Source: Protoeuglena noctilucae (lineage: Eukaryota). From it: a DNA stretch of 64,000 nucleotides. Numbering within the stretch: the stretch's first letter is position 1; every line of letters starts with the position of its first letter. The DNA is taken from NCBI GenBank assembly GCA_958009085.1, contig OY253674.1:186001-250000 (forward strand), in the 5' to 3' direction. The notes below the pieces were generated by a model. It did not search any database and was not told the origin of the DNA. It was given only the letters and a program-made list of their open reading frames with translations. The position numbers and the translations under genes are program-made. Positions 38,801 to 51,470 of the stretch are shown one piece after another.

Positions 38801-39548
38801 GCAGGGCGCCGTCGGGGCTGCTCAAGACGGCGCAGGCGTCGCCGGGCGCATCGCCCAGCGGCCCAAGCCCACCCGCGCCCTCCCACACCCGTCCCACGAG
38901 CAGTCGCCCACCGCTTGTCACCGCCACCAGGCACCCGGGCAGGGATGCCAGCGAGTCACCCCGCGCCCAGCACGCGGACCGGAGCGCGTCGCCCCGCGGC
39001 GCGACGAGGACGGAGAGCGGGGCCGGCGCGGTCGACAGGGCAGCGGTGGCGTAGACGGCAATGCCACCGGGACCCATAACAGCAAGGGCCGCTCCGTCAT
39101 GAGAGAACTCGACCCACGCGGGGGCGCCGATGCCTCCCGGAACGCCGAGCGCGGACGCACGGAGCGACTCCGGGTCTTGTGGCTTTGTTTTCTTGTCGTC
39201 TTCTCCCGGCTGGGCCCGTGCTACCAGCGCCGACACTGGCATGGCGAAGACGCCCTGGGGCAGCACGGCCGCGCACAGGTCCATGCCCGGAGCGATGGAT
39301 ACGGTATTCGCTTCCGCGGGGACCTGCCAGGGGCCCTGCGCGGCGCCCTGCGGGGACGGACGAGGAGTTACGGTGTGCATGACCGCCTGCGGCCCGAGTG
39401 ACTCGAGGTGGCGGGAAATACCCTCACGCATCGTCGCGGTATATACCTGGAAGTAAACGACCCCATAAGAGTGGAAGAATAGCGACGCCGGCTCCTCCTC
39501 AGGCTGGAGCTCCGGCTGGGGGAGCTCCACCACCGGGGCCCCGTTCAT
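29888..39548 (-). CDS. NUP214: FG-repeat nucleoporin, Nup214/Nup159-like (N-terminal propeller-like region, central coiled coil, C-terminal FG repeats)
   Basis: Abundant FG/PFG/GFGQ repeats at 30120-32700. Helical segment IESDMLAKMHEVRKQ..QEWDLGSRKLAQLLQRLE at 33900-35200. Beta-strand-like N-terminus (VEFSHDGAALAV, VLSSPDGALLAM). Predicted last exon GPGQSSLSPAMWAPRK*. Confidence 0.72.
34895..35083 (-). repeat. Diverged tandem triplication (about 78-79 bp unit) of an exon end, donor site and intron flank in the Nup214-like gene
   Basis: Units end at 34926, 35004 and 35083 (plus coordinates). Each carries GAC ACN GCN TTY SAG AAG ACC on the minus strand. Confidence 0.88.
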
Positions 39549-40440
39549 GGCCGAGCGCCCCGGCACGCGCCGTCCTCCGGACGTATCAAAGGATTAATCC
39601 TGAGGTGGTAGGTGCGCGAGATCGTCTGGCGCGGGGTCTGCGCGCGAAGCTGGGCACGAGCCGGCGAAGCGCGAAGTGTGGCGGGGCCATCGTGGCTGTG
39701 TCAAGCTTCCACGACATGCGCGGGCCTTTGTCAAGGAAGGCCACCATCGATGGCGAGTGACCGCAGCCTGAAGGCCGCGAGGAAGGCCTCAAATGCGCAC
39801 AGGCGCTCGCAGCCCAGCGGCTCGGACCCTTCCGCCGCTCACGGGCGGCAGATTTGTCTGTGGAGCTGGCCGTGCTGCATAGTAAGCGACAGCATTGCTC
39901 TGATCATGCCGCACGCACCTGTCGTCCCCAGCGGAGTCGCCATCTGGATGGGCCAGTGCAAACAAGCTGATTGGATCAGCGCGTGCCCAGGATCCCTCCA
40001 AAGCACACTTTCTGAACACTTGTGGCGGACCTGCATCGGCGATCGACCTTGACCAGCCCGCAAATGCCTGAAATGTTTGCCCGTGCCAGCGACACGGTGT
40101 CTTTTCCCCCTTCCTGATGTTCCTGAGCGACGGATGGCGCCAGCGTTGCGTCATTCGGTGCATGTAGTTGCCGTTCTAGTCTCTGCTGTAACAAATACTT
40201 CGCGGATCGGCGCGCCCGAGCACTCAATGCAGCGTTGCGCTTCCCCACCAGGTTTTGTCCGACGCTTTGAGAAACAGATCGTGTGCTTTGCGTGAAATCA
40301 ATCGTTACTTAGTTGTCTCCTCCTGCTTGGTCAGGGCAAGGCTCTGGTGCAGTTTCCCCTCGGAGAGTAGGCGTGGGCGGCTGGGCTGGGGGACAGCTCC
40401 CGCCTGCGCACCTGGGCGGGGCTGAGCGGGATCCGTCGCG

Positions 40441-43400
40441 ATGCTCAAGAGCAAGGCCTTCATCAAGGTTGGACGCGCCGCCCTTTGGAAGCCCTTCAGA
40501 AGCCACAGTGGCGCAGCGAGCCTGCGACCGCGCAGGGCATGGCCGCGTCGCTTCGGGAGAGGCCCTCCCGCTCGTCCTCGCGTCGATGTGATCGCCAAGC
40601 CACTCTATATGTTCCGCAGAAGACCCGGAAGGGCGCCGTGAGCAAGGTGGTGCGGGAGCACTACCTCCGCGATGACATTTCGTGCGGGTCGGCCTCTTGC
40701 GCGTCGTGCGCGGCCCCGGAGGCCGGCGCGCCGCTCTCCGCGGGCCCCGGCGTCACGTACCTGGTCGTCGACACCAATGTGGTCCTCCACCAGCTCGATT
40801 TGCTGGAGCACGCGTCGGTGGCGAACGTCGTTCTCCCGTCCGTGGCGCTCGAGGAGGCCCGCAAGCGCAACCACGCGGCCTATACGCGCGCGCGTGCGAT
40901 CGCCTCGACTTCCGATCGCCATTTCTACGTCTTCGCCAATGAGAACCACAGGGACACGTTCGTGGAGGCGAGTCAGGGCTGGGTGTCATTGTCACTTGTC
41001 ATGTTGTCATGGCACAGCTGCTGTCTCTGGGCTTTAGCTATGGTTTCCATCGGCTATATCTGCTGCATGCGCTGTAGCGGCAACTCGTGCGCCACCGATG
41101 GCACCTTCCCCACACCTCCAGCATGTGACTGCCACGTCTCATGCAGCACGTTCGGTATCGCACCCGCCCACCCTCCGCGCCCCCGCAGACGCTGCCCGGC
41201 GAGTCCCCGAACGACCGCAACGACCGCGCCATTCGCCGCGCTGCCAAATGGTACGCTGAGCATCTGGCGGGCAAGGGAATCAATGTCGTGCTTCTGTCCG
41301 ACGACGCTGACAACCGCGCAAAGGCAGAAGGTGAAATGAAGCATCGGAGAGATGAAGCATTGGAGACACAAAGCGATGTGTGTGCATTATAAGCAAGCAC
41401 GCTGGTCCGCGCTCGCTTGACGCCCATGTCTCTGTCTAAGCTCTCATCGCACCTTCCAGGACCCATCTATTCTATCACACACAGCATGCTCCTGACCCAT
41501 CGCCACCCCACCACCCCCTCCCGCAGAGGACGGCATCCGCGCCCTCTCCACGTCCCAATTCGCCGAGTCCAAAGCCTCAGAGTGCCCAGACCTGGCGGAC
41601 CGAGTCGCGATGCGCGACGCTCACCCGCTGAACAAAGAAGAGCACCGGGATAGCCGGGGCGGGAAGCGGACGAGGCTGGCGCTCTATCCGGAGCACTTGC
41701 CTGAGGCGGAGCTGCTGGCTGGCGTGCGGGGGGGCAGGCGAGTGGGGGGCATTGGGGATGGGGGATATGTGAGGTGCTGAGTGGGGTGCACGGGGGCAGG
41801 CGAGTGGGGGGCCTTCCAAGGGGCTCGGGGATGTGTGAGGTGCTGGGTGGGGTGTGCGAGGGTAGGCGGGCGGGGGGCATTGTTACGGGGGGACGTGTGA
41901 GGTGCTGGCTGGGCAGTGGTGTGCTCTATGCAAAGTCCTGTCACCTACATGTCTCGTTGCAACCCCTGCAGGTTCCACCAGGGCCCCATCCGCATGTCCC
42001 GGTATAACCCCTTCGAGGGTTTCCTGGCTTCCGAGTCCGTCGGCCGCGACATCATCGTTTCTGGCAAGCTGGAGCTGAACCGGGCCATGGACGGGGACGT
42101 GGCGGTCGTGGAGCTCCTGCCGCAGGAGCAGTGGAGGGGCGAGGCCAGGGAATTGCCGCAGGAGGTGAGGGGGCTGCTGGGTTGTTGGGACGTGCGTGTG
42201 TACCTGCTCGTGCGCTTTTTGCTGAAGTACAGTCAAGCTGAGGCGGCAGCTGGATCGCTTGGTGAAGTACCTGGATGCGCATATCGTGCTATGCAACGCA
42301 CATCGTGCTTTACACCGCACATTGTGCCACACACCGCACTTCGCAGGGCGGCGAGGCGGGAGAGCCGAAGGAGCAGGGAGCCGCGGGCATTGCGGATTGG
42401 AGCCTGGGATCGAATCAGGTGGACGCGGTGGGTGCGGGGGCGCGCAAGCCGTGCGGGCGGGTGGTGGGCATCCTGCGCCGTGCGTGGCGCAGTCGGGGCT
42501 ACTGCGGGAGCCTGCTTGCGCCGGACAGGGTGGGCGGCAGCCAGAGCCTGCTCTTTCTGCCCGTCGACCGGCGCATCCCCAAGGTGCGCGCTTGCTGCGT
42601 GGGACAGGGGCAGCGTGGGCTCTTTAGCAAACAGCATGGGTTGATGTGCGCTTGCAGCGATGGTGACGCCATGGTGTGCCACATGGGTCGTGCGCCACAG
42701 CATACTCAACATCCATGTTTAAAATCCATTATTTGAATACCCGCGTTTGCAGATCCGGATCCGGACGCGCCAGGCCGAGCAGCTGCTGGGCAAGCGCCTG
42801 GTGGTGGCGATCGACGACTGGCCCGCCACGGACAGCCACCCCCAGGGCCACTACGTCCGCACCCTGGGGGAGGCGGGGACCATCGACACCGAGACTGAAG
42901 TGGTGCTGCACGAGCACGACGTCAACTCGGCGCCCTTCACCCAGGCGAGGCCGGCGCCAGTGTTGTATTGTTGCGGGTAGTGTTGCGGGTTCTAGGTTCT
43001 GCCCTATGGGGCTGCAGCACAGGGTGGGTGTGGGGTGGCAGTGTTGTTAGGAGTAGTGTTGCGGGTTTTCCCCACTGGTGCTACAGCACAGCGTGGGGGT
43101 GGTGAGGTGTAACTCGGTGGCTGCGAGCGTCGATATACATATTTGTTTCTTCCGTGTCTTGCAGGCTGTCCTTAACTGCGTGCCCCTGCTGCCCTGGGAA
43201 GTGGCGGACGAGCACCGCAAGCAGCCCCACCGGGGTGAGTCGCTGTGGCTGTCTGCTGTGCTGCTCGGGCTACGTTGGGCTGTGCTGATGGGCGATCAGT
43301 CTGTCACAAGCAACTCGGCTCAGCTCAGCTCAGCTCAGCTCAGCTCAGCTCAGCTCAGCTCTGCTCTGCTCTGCTCTGCTCTGCTCTGCTCTGCTCTGCT

Positions 43401-46400
43401 CTGCTCTGCTCTGTTACCATCCTCGCCGTCCCTGTCACACCCGCAGAGGACCTGCGTCACGTGTGCGTCATGTCGGTGGATCCGCCCAACTGCAAGGACA
43501 TCGACGATGCCCTTCACATCCGGGACCTGGGGGACGGCACGCTCGAGGCGGGGGTGCACATCGCGGACGTGTCGGAGTTCGTGAGGCCGGGCACGGCGGT
43601 GGACAAGGTGAGCGGAGATGGGCAGTGCAGTGCTGTGGGCGACGTGGGGGTGGAGATGAGATGAGATGGGCAGGGCTGTGCATGCGGTGTGGGGATGTGA
43701 GGTGGACAGTGTTGTGAGGCCGGGGACGGCGGTGGCTAAGGTGGGTAGAAGGGCCTGCGATGTGCAGTTGGCAGTGTTGTTGCCGACAGTGCCCCACCCC
43801 TCACCCCGCAGGAGGCGTCTCTTCGTAGCACGACCACGTACCTGGTATAGCCACGAGATGAGCAGTCGGCAGTGCTGTTGACAGTGCCCCATCTATCGCC
43901 CCCCGCAGGAGGCGTCTCTTCGTAGCACGACCACATACCTGGTGCAAAGGCGTATCGACATGCTGCCCAAGGCACTGACGGAGGAGATCTGCTCGCTGAA
44001 GGCCAACGTGGAGCGACTCACCTTCTCCGTGATATGGAGACTCACGCCGGTGACGGCGGAGCACGGAGCACAGTGTGCGCGGTGTGACTGACGACGGGTC
44101 ACACTGACGGTCGATCCAGCCGACAGTAATGTCGTTTTGGAATGGCAGCTGGCATGCGGCGACCGCAAGCAATGTGTACCATGGTACATCTCCCAAGCAC
44201 ATGCCATGACAGCACGTGCCATGACAGCACGTGCCATGACAGCACGGGGCCTCACGCATACACCCAGCATACACCCCTCTCCCCGGCCCTCACATCGTTT
44301 CCCCGCGCGCCACCGTCCCCTCAGGAGGGCGACGTGCTGGAATCGCGTTTCACCAAGGGTCTGATCCGCTCCCGCGCCGCTCTGACCTACGCGGAGGCGC
44401 AATCGCGCATCGACGATCCGAACGACAAGAGCGACATCGCTGCGTCGCTGCGGCTCATGAACGACCTCGCCAAGAACCTCCGCCGGCGGAGATTCCAGGC
44501 CGGGGCTCTCGAGGCGCGTCGCGGGGCTGCGGCTGTGTTGCACGCTCGCACTCGCGCTCACACACCCACGCACGCCCACGCGCGCACTCGGTGACCGATC
44601 CTTGGCTGTCAGTCGCTACGGCTCGACCCCGGCGGTGTCGGGTTCGAATCCCGTTGGCGATTTGACTCTCCTTTTCTCCTCCGCAGCTGGCGTCCCCCGA
44701 GGTCAAGTTCCGCATCGACCCCGACACGCTTGAGCCCAAGGAGGTGTCGGTGTATGAAACGCGGGACACGAACCGAATGGTCGAGGAGCTCATGCTGCTG
44801 GTGAGTGAGCGAGGCATGCTGAATAGTAAGGGTTTGCTGCAGGTGAGGTGGGCAAGGGCATGGAGTGGAATGGACGTGTGTCAGAGTGATATGGATAGTA
44901 GCATGCACGTGACAGAGTGAGATGGAACTCGTGCTGGGGTTCGAGGGGCATAGACATGGGATGGGTGTGCGAGTGATAGAGTGAGCGCACAGCTGCTGGC
45001 TGTTCCATATACTCCTCCCCTAATGACCCTCACTCCTCTCTCCCTTTATCCCCACCCTCCTCTCCCCTCTCCACCCCCCAGGCCAACGCGACGGTCGCCG
45101 AGCGCATTCTCCACTCTTTCCCCGCCTGCTCCGTCCTGCGCCGCCACCCCACCCCCACCGAAGAGATGTTCGCCCCACTGGTGGGCGCCGCGGCATCTGC
45201 CGGCTTTACTGTTGACGTCACCACCAGCCTGGCCCTCAGCAAGTCCCTCGACAAGTGCGTGCGAGAAGCCGACGCCTTCTTCAACAAACTCATCAGGCGA
45301 GATGCAATGGGATGTGTGGAATCTGTGTGGGACCAATCTTGATGCTCAGTTACTAGGTACGCGACACCGACGCCTTCTTTAACAAACTCGTCAGGCGAGA
45401 GGGGTGGTGATGTGCGGGACCAGCGATGTACAGCTAGCACCTTTGCACCCCCTTGTGTGACTGCGACAGTCACCAACAGTCACGAGCTGTTGCCAAGCTC
45501 CCCATACAAACCCCGCCCCCCAACTCCCACCCAACCCGCTCACCCTCCCCACCCCCCAATATCACAGCCACCCGCTGCACTACCCCACCCATCCCACCCC
45601 CAACCCCCCCCTCACCCTTACCCACCCCCCAGGATCATGGCGACCCGCTGCATGACTCAGGCGGTCTATTTCAACACGGCAGAGCACTCACGCCCCGAAT
45701 TTTATCACTACGGCCTCGCCATGCCCCTCTACACCCACTTCACCTCCCCCATCCGGCGATACGCCGACGTGTTCGTGCACCGCCTCCTCGCGGCCGCCAT
45801 TGGACTCGAACCCCTGCCGGACAGGTGAGGGTTGGCATGGCGGCATGCGTTGGTGTGCTTTGCTTGCATTGGACCTGAACCCCGCAGTATGCCCCCTTCC
45901 CTCACTGCCATCCATCCACCCTTATACTCACCTTATCCCTTCTTAATCACTGCCGTTCGCACCTTATGCGCCATACCCACCCCATATCGCACCCACGTGA
46001 ACTCACCCCCACCCCTTCTCACCCACCTGCAGCTCCTTCGGCGACCGTTCGCGCCTCAACGCGGTCGTGGACAACATCAACACCCGCCACCGCAACGCCC
46101 AGTTCGCCGGCCGCGCCTCCTCCGAGCTGTTCATGACGCAGTACTTCAGCGGCAAGACACAACATGCGGACGGGCGGGTGGTGCGGGTCCGGCGCAATGC
46201 GGTGGTGGTGTTCCTGCCCAAGTACGGCGTCGAGGGGGTGGTGTACCTGGGGGAGAAGGGGTCCAAGGAGGTGAGAGTGGTTGAGGGGTGTGTGTTCGGG
46301 ATTGATGGGTTTTGTCGGAGCATGTGGGCTTGCGAGGAAGGGTGTCGTGTGGTGCGGCTATCAGTGGTGGCTTGGACAGGGTGCCGAGGAGTGACAGGAT

Positions 46401-46701
46401 GTCGGGACATGAACGAGCATTGCATTTGCCGCTTTGCTTGCCGCTGTTGTTGGATGTGCTGTGCTGCGGCCTTTTGCTGCCCCCCTCCTTCGTGCAACGG
46501 GGTCTCTTGTCGTTTCACTGACTGCAGTGGGAGATGAACGAGGGAGAGTCGGAGGTGCGGAATGGAAAGACGGGGCAGACGCTGCGGGTCTTTGACGCCG
46601 TGGGGGCCGTCATCACCGTCACCGACCACGGGCACGGGCGCAGGGAGCTGACCATCGCGCTCGCGGACCGGGGCCAGGTGCCCAAGGAGGAGCTCGTTTG
46701 A
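40441..46701 (+). CDS. DIS3: Exosome catalytic subunit DIS3/RRP44 (PIN + CSD + RNB + S1)
   Basis: [104 protein letters not shown]. Confidence 0.97.
43317..43392. repeat. Compound pentanucleotide microsatellite (CAGCT)n followed by (CTGCT)n in a DIS3 intron
   Basis: Directly visible. Confidence 0.95.
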
Positions 46702-46929
46702 AACAGCTGCAGTTGAATGACGGGGAAAGCGGGAGAGGGCTGAGCACGTCCATTGTGCACATTGTGCTGCACTCTGGCACTGTGCGGTCACACGGGCTCT
46801 CAGACCTGCTGCCTGGCACTCCAGTCAGTGATGGCGCATTTCCGTCTGCGGGCGAAGTGGCCGGTCCCATCCTGAGCCAGCTTGGCATCTCTTTCCATCT
46901 GTGCTAAGAAATCCTGCGAGGCGCTTTGC

Positions 46930-48295
46930 ATGAGCGCGCCGGAGGAGTTCAGCGGTTTCACTGACAGAGAGCTCGACGCGTACATCCGACAGCTCCAGGC
47001 AGAGCTGCGCGCGCTTGTCGGGGCGGGCGTGCCCGTCGTTGCGCACGCTGCGGCCCCGTCCGCGTCCGGGCGGCCGCGTGCGCTCCCACCCGGAGAGCTC
47101 CGCAAAGATGGCGCGCAGCTGGACCAGAGGAGCAACGTAGGGGCCGGCGCGGATGCGGGACCGGGGCGCGGGGACCCCGAGGGTGGCGCATACGCAGTTG
47201 ATGGGGTCTCCGTGCCGGAGCACAGCGTCCCCATCCATGCGGACGTGCGCACACTGGACTGGGACGTCCTAGTCACCTCCCACGGGGGCCCCTTCGACGC
47301 GATCGTGCTCGACCCGCCGTGGCAGCTTGCCACTGCGAACCCATCAAGAGGCGTGGCACTTGGCTATGGGCAGCTGACCGACGCGGAACTGGAGCAGATG
47401 CCGGTCGGTCGATTGCAGAGCCCCGGCGGCCTCGTTTTCCTCTGGCACATCAACTCCAAGTTCCGCATCGCCCATCGCTTGTTGGACCGATGGGGGTACG
47501 ACGTTGTCGGTGCGCTCGCATGTGGTGTGCGCTGCTCGCCGTCCCCCGCATCGACTGACGCACTCAAACACAGTCATTTGCGTGGATGTCATGGCGACAT
47601 TATCTTCAGGACCGACCTCCCCACCTTAAGTGCCTATGTGTGTGTGTGCGCAGACGAGGTGGTGTGGGTGAAGACGACTCGTCATCGTCGGCTGGCCAAG
47701 TCTCACGGGTATTTCTTACAGCACGCCACGGAGCGCTGTCTCGTGGGACGGCGAAGGGGCGACGGTGGGAAGGGGGGGGCCGCCGGACCTCACGCACCAT
47801 CTCAAGCCGAACCGGGTGCGCTGGCTGGGCGATGCGGGTGTTGGTGTTGGTGGAGGCGTGGGAGTGGCAAGCTCCGGTTGCACTGATCGCCGCCACATCG
47901 TTTATACGCATCACAGGTCAAGCGACGGAGGGAGGGGAGCCAGGAGGCCCCAGCGTCGCCGGCCACGCCCTGCCCAGCAGCGTCATCATCGCAGAGCGAC
48001 GCGGCCAGAGCCAGAAACCAGAGGAACTGTACGAGTACGTGGGTGAGATATGCATTGGGTAGTAGTTTACTGACTCATGGCCAGTGGCTTTGCTGCCAGT
48101 CTCTGGCCTTGTGGGGCTGTGAGTCATGTATGACACTAACTTATCCCCCCACTACATGCAGAGAGCCTCTTCCCGGGGGGCCGCTTCCTGGAGATATTCG
48201 CGAGGAGCAACAACCTGCGCAGTCACTGGGTGTCGGTGGGCAACGAGGTCCCCCGGGTGGGCGGTGTTGCCAAAGCCACTCTAGGCGCCCCTTGA
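46930..48295 (+). CDS. MTA1: MT-A70 family methyltransferase of the MTA1/AMT1 (DNA N6-adenine, ApT) clade (4 exons)
   Basis: VPIHADV, FDAIVLDPPWQLATANPSRGVALGY, FLWHINSKF, WGY..DEVVWVK..LAKSHGYFLQHATERCLVG, RRGQSQKPEELY, FLEIFARSNNLR..WVSVGNE. The QL..NPSRGVA.Y insert after DPPW is what I recall for ciliate MTA1 rather than METTL3. Confidence 0.88.
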
Positions 48296-48531
48296 TGCAC
48301 AACCATCAATCACACGACACGTGTGAGACCCTGCATCATCGTAGCTGGCCGATGCCACGTTTTGAAAGGCCTAGCTACTCTAGGAGAAGTGACGACGACC
48401 CTGCAAGGTGCCACGGCACGCATCGCTGACCAGGTTTGCAACTCAGGCCGCTTGGCACGGCATGTTCTATGAAAGCGTTGGGTGGACCCTCATAGGCTCT
48501 GTGCAGCACGGATTGCGAGTCTCTTCGTTCC

Positions 48532-51470
48532 CTACTTGCCATTGGACACGCGCACGTCGCCCTCCACCGGCTTGCCAATCGCATAGACCGTGAAGCCGAT
48601 CCGACGAAGCTCCGCGTGGTTGAGCAGCAGCCGGCCGTCGAACACGCACGCGGGCTTGACCATCGAATCGTAGATGCGCTGCCAATCGTAGTTCTGTGCG
48701 AGAGGGGCACCGGGGGGTGCATCTACGTGCTTTGGTTTCCACGCCCCGCTCCGCCTTCCTTGCCTAGCTTCGCAATCCTGGCCAAGGGCCGAACGTGCTG
48801 CTATCCTCGCGAAACGTGCTGCAGTCGTCGCCCACCCCAATCGTGCTACGCCCGTCACCTTGAACTCGTCCCACTCGGTGATGACCAGGATGCCGTGCGC
48901 CCCCTGGGCCGCCTCGTAGGGGTCGCTGCTGACGTGGACGTGCTTCTTCACCGACTCGGTGCGGCCCGCCACGATCTGCAGCAGGGTGACGCACACGCTG
49001 TCATGCCTCTTGACGGGGGTGCCAGACTGGCCCACGCCTCATAAATGGCAGCAAGGGTGGCAAGCGTGTTCGCGCCTTACAAAAGTCAACGGGGGTGCAA
49101 GAGACTGGTCCATGCATGGCCAGCTCACCTGGTCGGTCAGTGCACGCAGATGGGTCCATCCCTAGCCGGCTCACTTGGTCGATCGTTGCACACCAATGGC
49201 CCCATCCCTAGCCAGTCACCTGGTCGCTGAGGGGGTGGTCCCATTCGAACCGCGAGAAGGAGAGGTCCGTGTAGACCTGGTCCGCCCCGACCTGGGGATC
49301 GTACACCGTGATCTCCGCCCCGTCCTTCAGCAGCTCGTTGCACACGTCGATCGCCGCCGTCTCACGGGTGTCGCCTGCGCAGCACGCGGGGCTTCGGGAG
49401 CGATGTGAAGGCACAGCGCCGCTCATCCACCCTTTCCTGACTCTTTCAGTCACTGGCGCTCGCTCGGCCCCAGTCAGTGCCGGTGCCAGTGCCAACGCCG
49501 TGATTGCTTGCTGGGCGTGGTGTGTGGGGCGCTGGGGCAGTCCCATGGCACCTTCCCTGCCCTCACTCACCCGTGTCCTTTTTGAAGGCGAAGCCGAACA
49601 GCGTGACCTTCTTGCTCTTGATGGTGTTGAACAGCGTGGCCACCACCGTCTGCACAAACCGCCGCTTCTGCCAGTCGTTGATCGACACCACGCTCCGCCA
49701 GTAGTCCGCCACCACGTCCAGCCCCAGCGTCTGCGATAAGGTTGTTCACGGGGCTGCCGTGACACGCGCGGTGCTGCTCGCAGTGCAAGCTGTTGCCATC
49801 AAGCTGTAGTGGTGTGCGTCGGGATGAACCAAGCATTGGCTGCCATGCGTCATCGTTGTGTGTTTTGTGGTCGTCGTGCCCCCGTCACCCCGTCGTCGCA
49901 GTGTGCTGACGACCGCACCTGCGCGATGTAGACCAGGTTGAGGATGTCCTTCTGGAAGCAGGACCCGCCGAACCCCACAGACGCGTTCAGGAACTTGGGC
50001 CCGATGCGCGAGTCGGTGCCGATGGAACGGCTGATCTCCTGGACGTCCGCGCCCGACATCTGCGGCCAGAAACGTTGCGTCAGAAACAGGGGACGACACA
50101 GCAATGGACGATGCAAAAAAAGGTTCCATGCACGTTACTGGATAGTCACAGCTCGCCGGAGCGCCCCGCGTGGCCCGGCTTGCACCCGGCCCGCACCCCG
50201 GCCGCACCTCGCAGATGGCCGAGATGGTGTTGATGGACGAGATGCGCTGGGCCAGCATGGCGTTGGCCGTGAGCTTGGCCAGCTCCGCGGACCAGAGGTT
50301 CGTGAGCAAAATGCGCTCCTCCGGGACCCAGTGGGCGTACACGGACCTCAGCACATTGGCCGCCTGCAAAGCGCAAACACGGTGAGGCGATCGATCGTCC
50401 CAATCGAGGCTTAACCTCCCGCCGCACCGTGCTATGACGCTGCAGGTATGAGAAGCACCGAGTTAGCACAGGCACAGGCACAGGCATGGACACTCACCGT
50501 GCGGCCCGACTCAGTCTGCCGCGACCCGATCAGCACACGGTCCGGCGCTTCCAGGTCCTTGATCGCCGTGCCCTCCGCTAAGAACTCGGGGTTGGACAGG
50601 ACGTCGAAGGCGATGTTGTCCAACCCGTTCTGCAAAACACGGGCAGCCCAGAGGCGGTCAGGCGCAAACGGACCGCCCCGCGTGCCGGCCCTGCAGCCCA
50701 GGCGAGCAGCGGCGTCACCGTGTTGGCCGCGAGGACGCGCTCGATGGCCTCGGCTGTCTTGACCGGCACGGTGGACTTCTCCACGATGATCTTGCGCTGC
50801 CCCGGGAGCGAGTTGCGTGCGATCATGCGGGCCGCGGACTCCCAGTAGGTCAGGTCCGCGGCGCTGCCCGCACCGATGCCGGAGGTCTTGGTGGGCGTGT
50901 TCACGCTGCGGGGGCCAGGGACCGGGGCGCGGGGCCCGATCGCGACCTGCACTGCGCCTCGGGGAGAGCGCAGCCCGGCCTGCGCTGCCCCGGGCGGCCT
51001 TGCGGGGCTCCCGCCGCGCGAGCAGGCGAGACGCACCTGACAAAAATCATGTCCGCGTCCCGGACCGCGGCGTCGCAGTCCGTGGAGAAAAAAAGGTTGC
51101 GGTTGCGGGCCTCCTTGACAACCTCGGGAAGGCCGGGCTCGAAGATCGGGAGGGTATCGCTATTCCACGCGTCGATCCTCGCCTTGTTGATGTCCACCAC
51201 GGTCACGGTGATCTCTGCGCGCGCGGCCCAGATATCTGGCATGGCGCGCTGTCCGCGACGGGGCTGGGGAGCCAGATTCCACGCACCACGCGCGGCCCGG
51301 ACCGCCCGCGCCAATCGAGGTTGGACACCCGCGGGCTCGGAGACCCCGCCATGAGGAATCGCCCGGATCCCGCGCCCGCATTGCCCGCAGCACCTACCTG
51401 GGCATTTCATGGCAATCATCGCCATGGTGGGACCCCCCACGTAGCCAGCCCCGATGCACACGATTTTCAT
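48532..51470 (-). CDS. UGD: UDP-glucose 6-dehydrogenase
   Basis: [67 protein letters not shown] (catalytic Cys), [18 protein letters not shown]. Confidence 0.97.

Noticed and set aside
44200..44246. 15-bp x3 repeat (GTGCCATGACAGCAC)
   Set aside because: Ordinary intronic minisatellite with no relation to the flanking exons.
44611..44661. Functional tRNA gene
   Set aside because: Too short; it lacks a D-arm/A-box and a proper anticodon arm. Kept only as a low-level finding.
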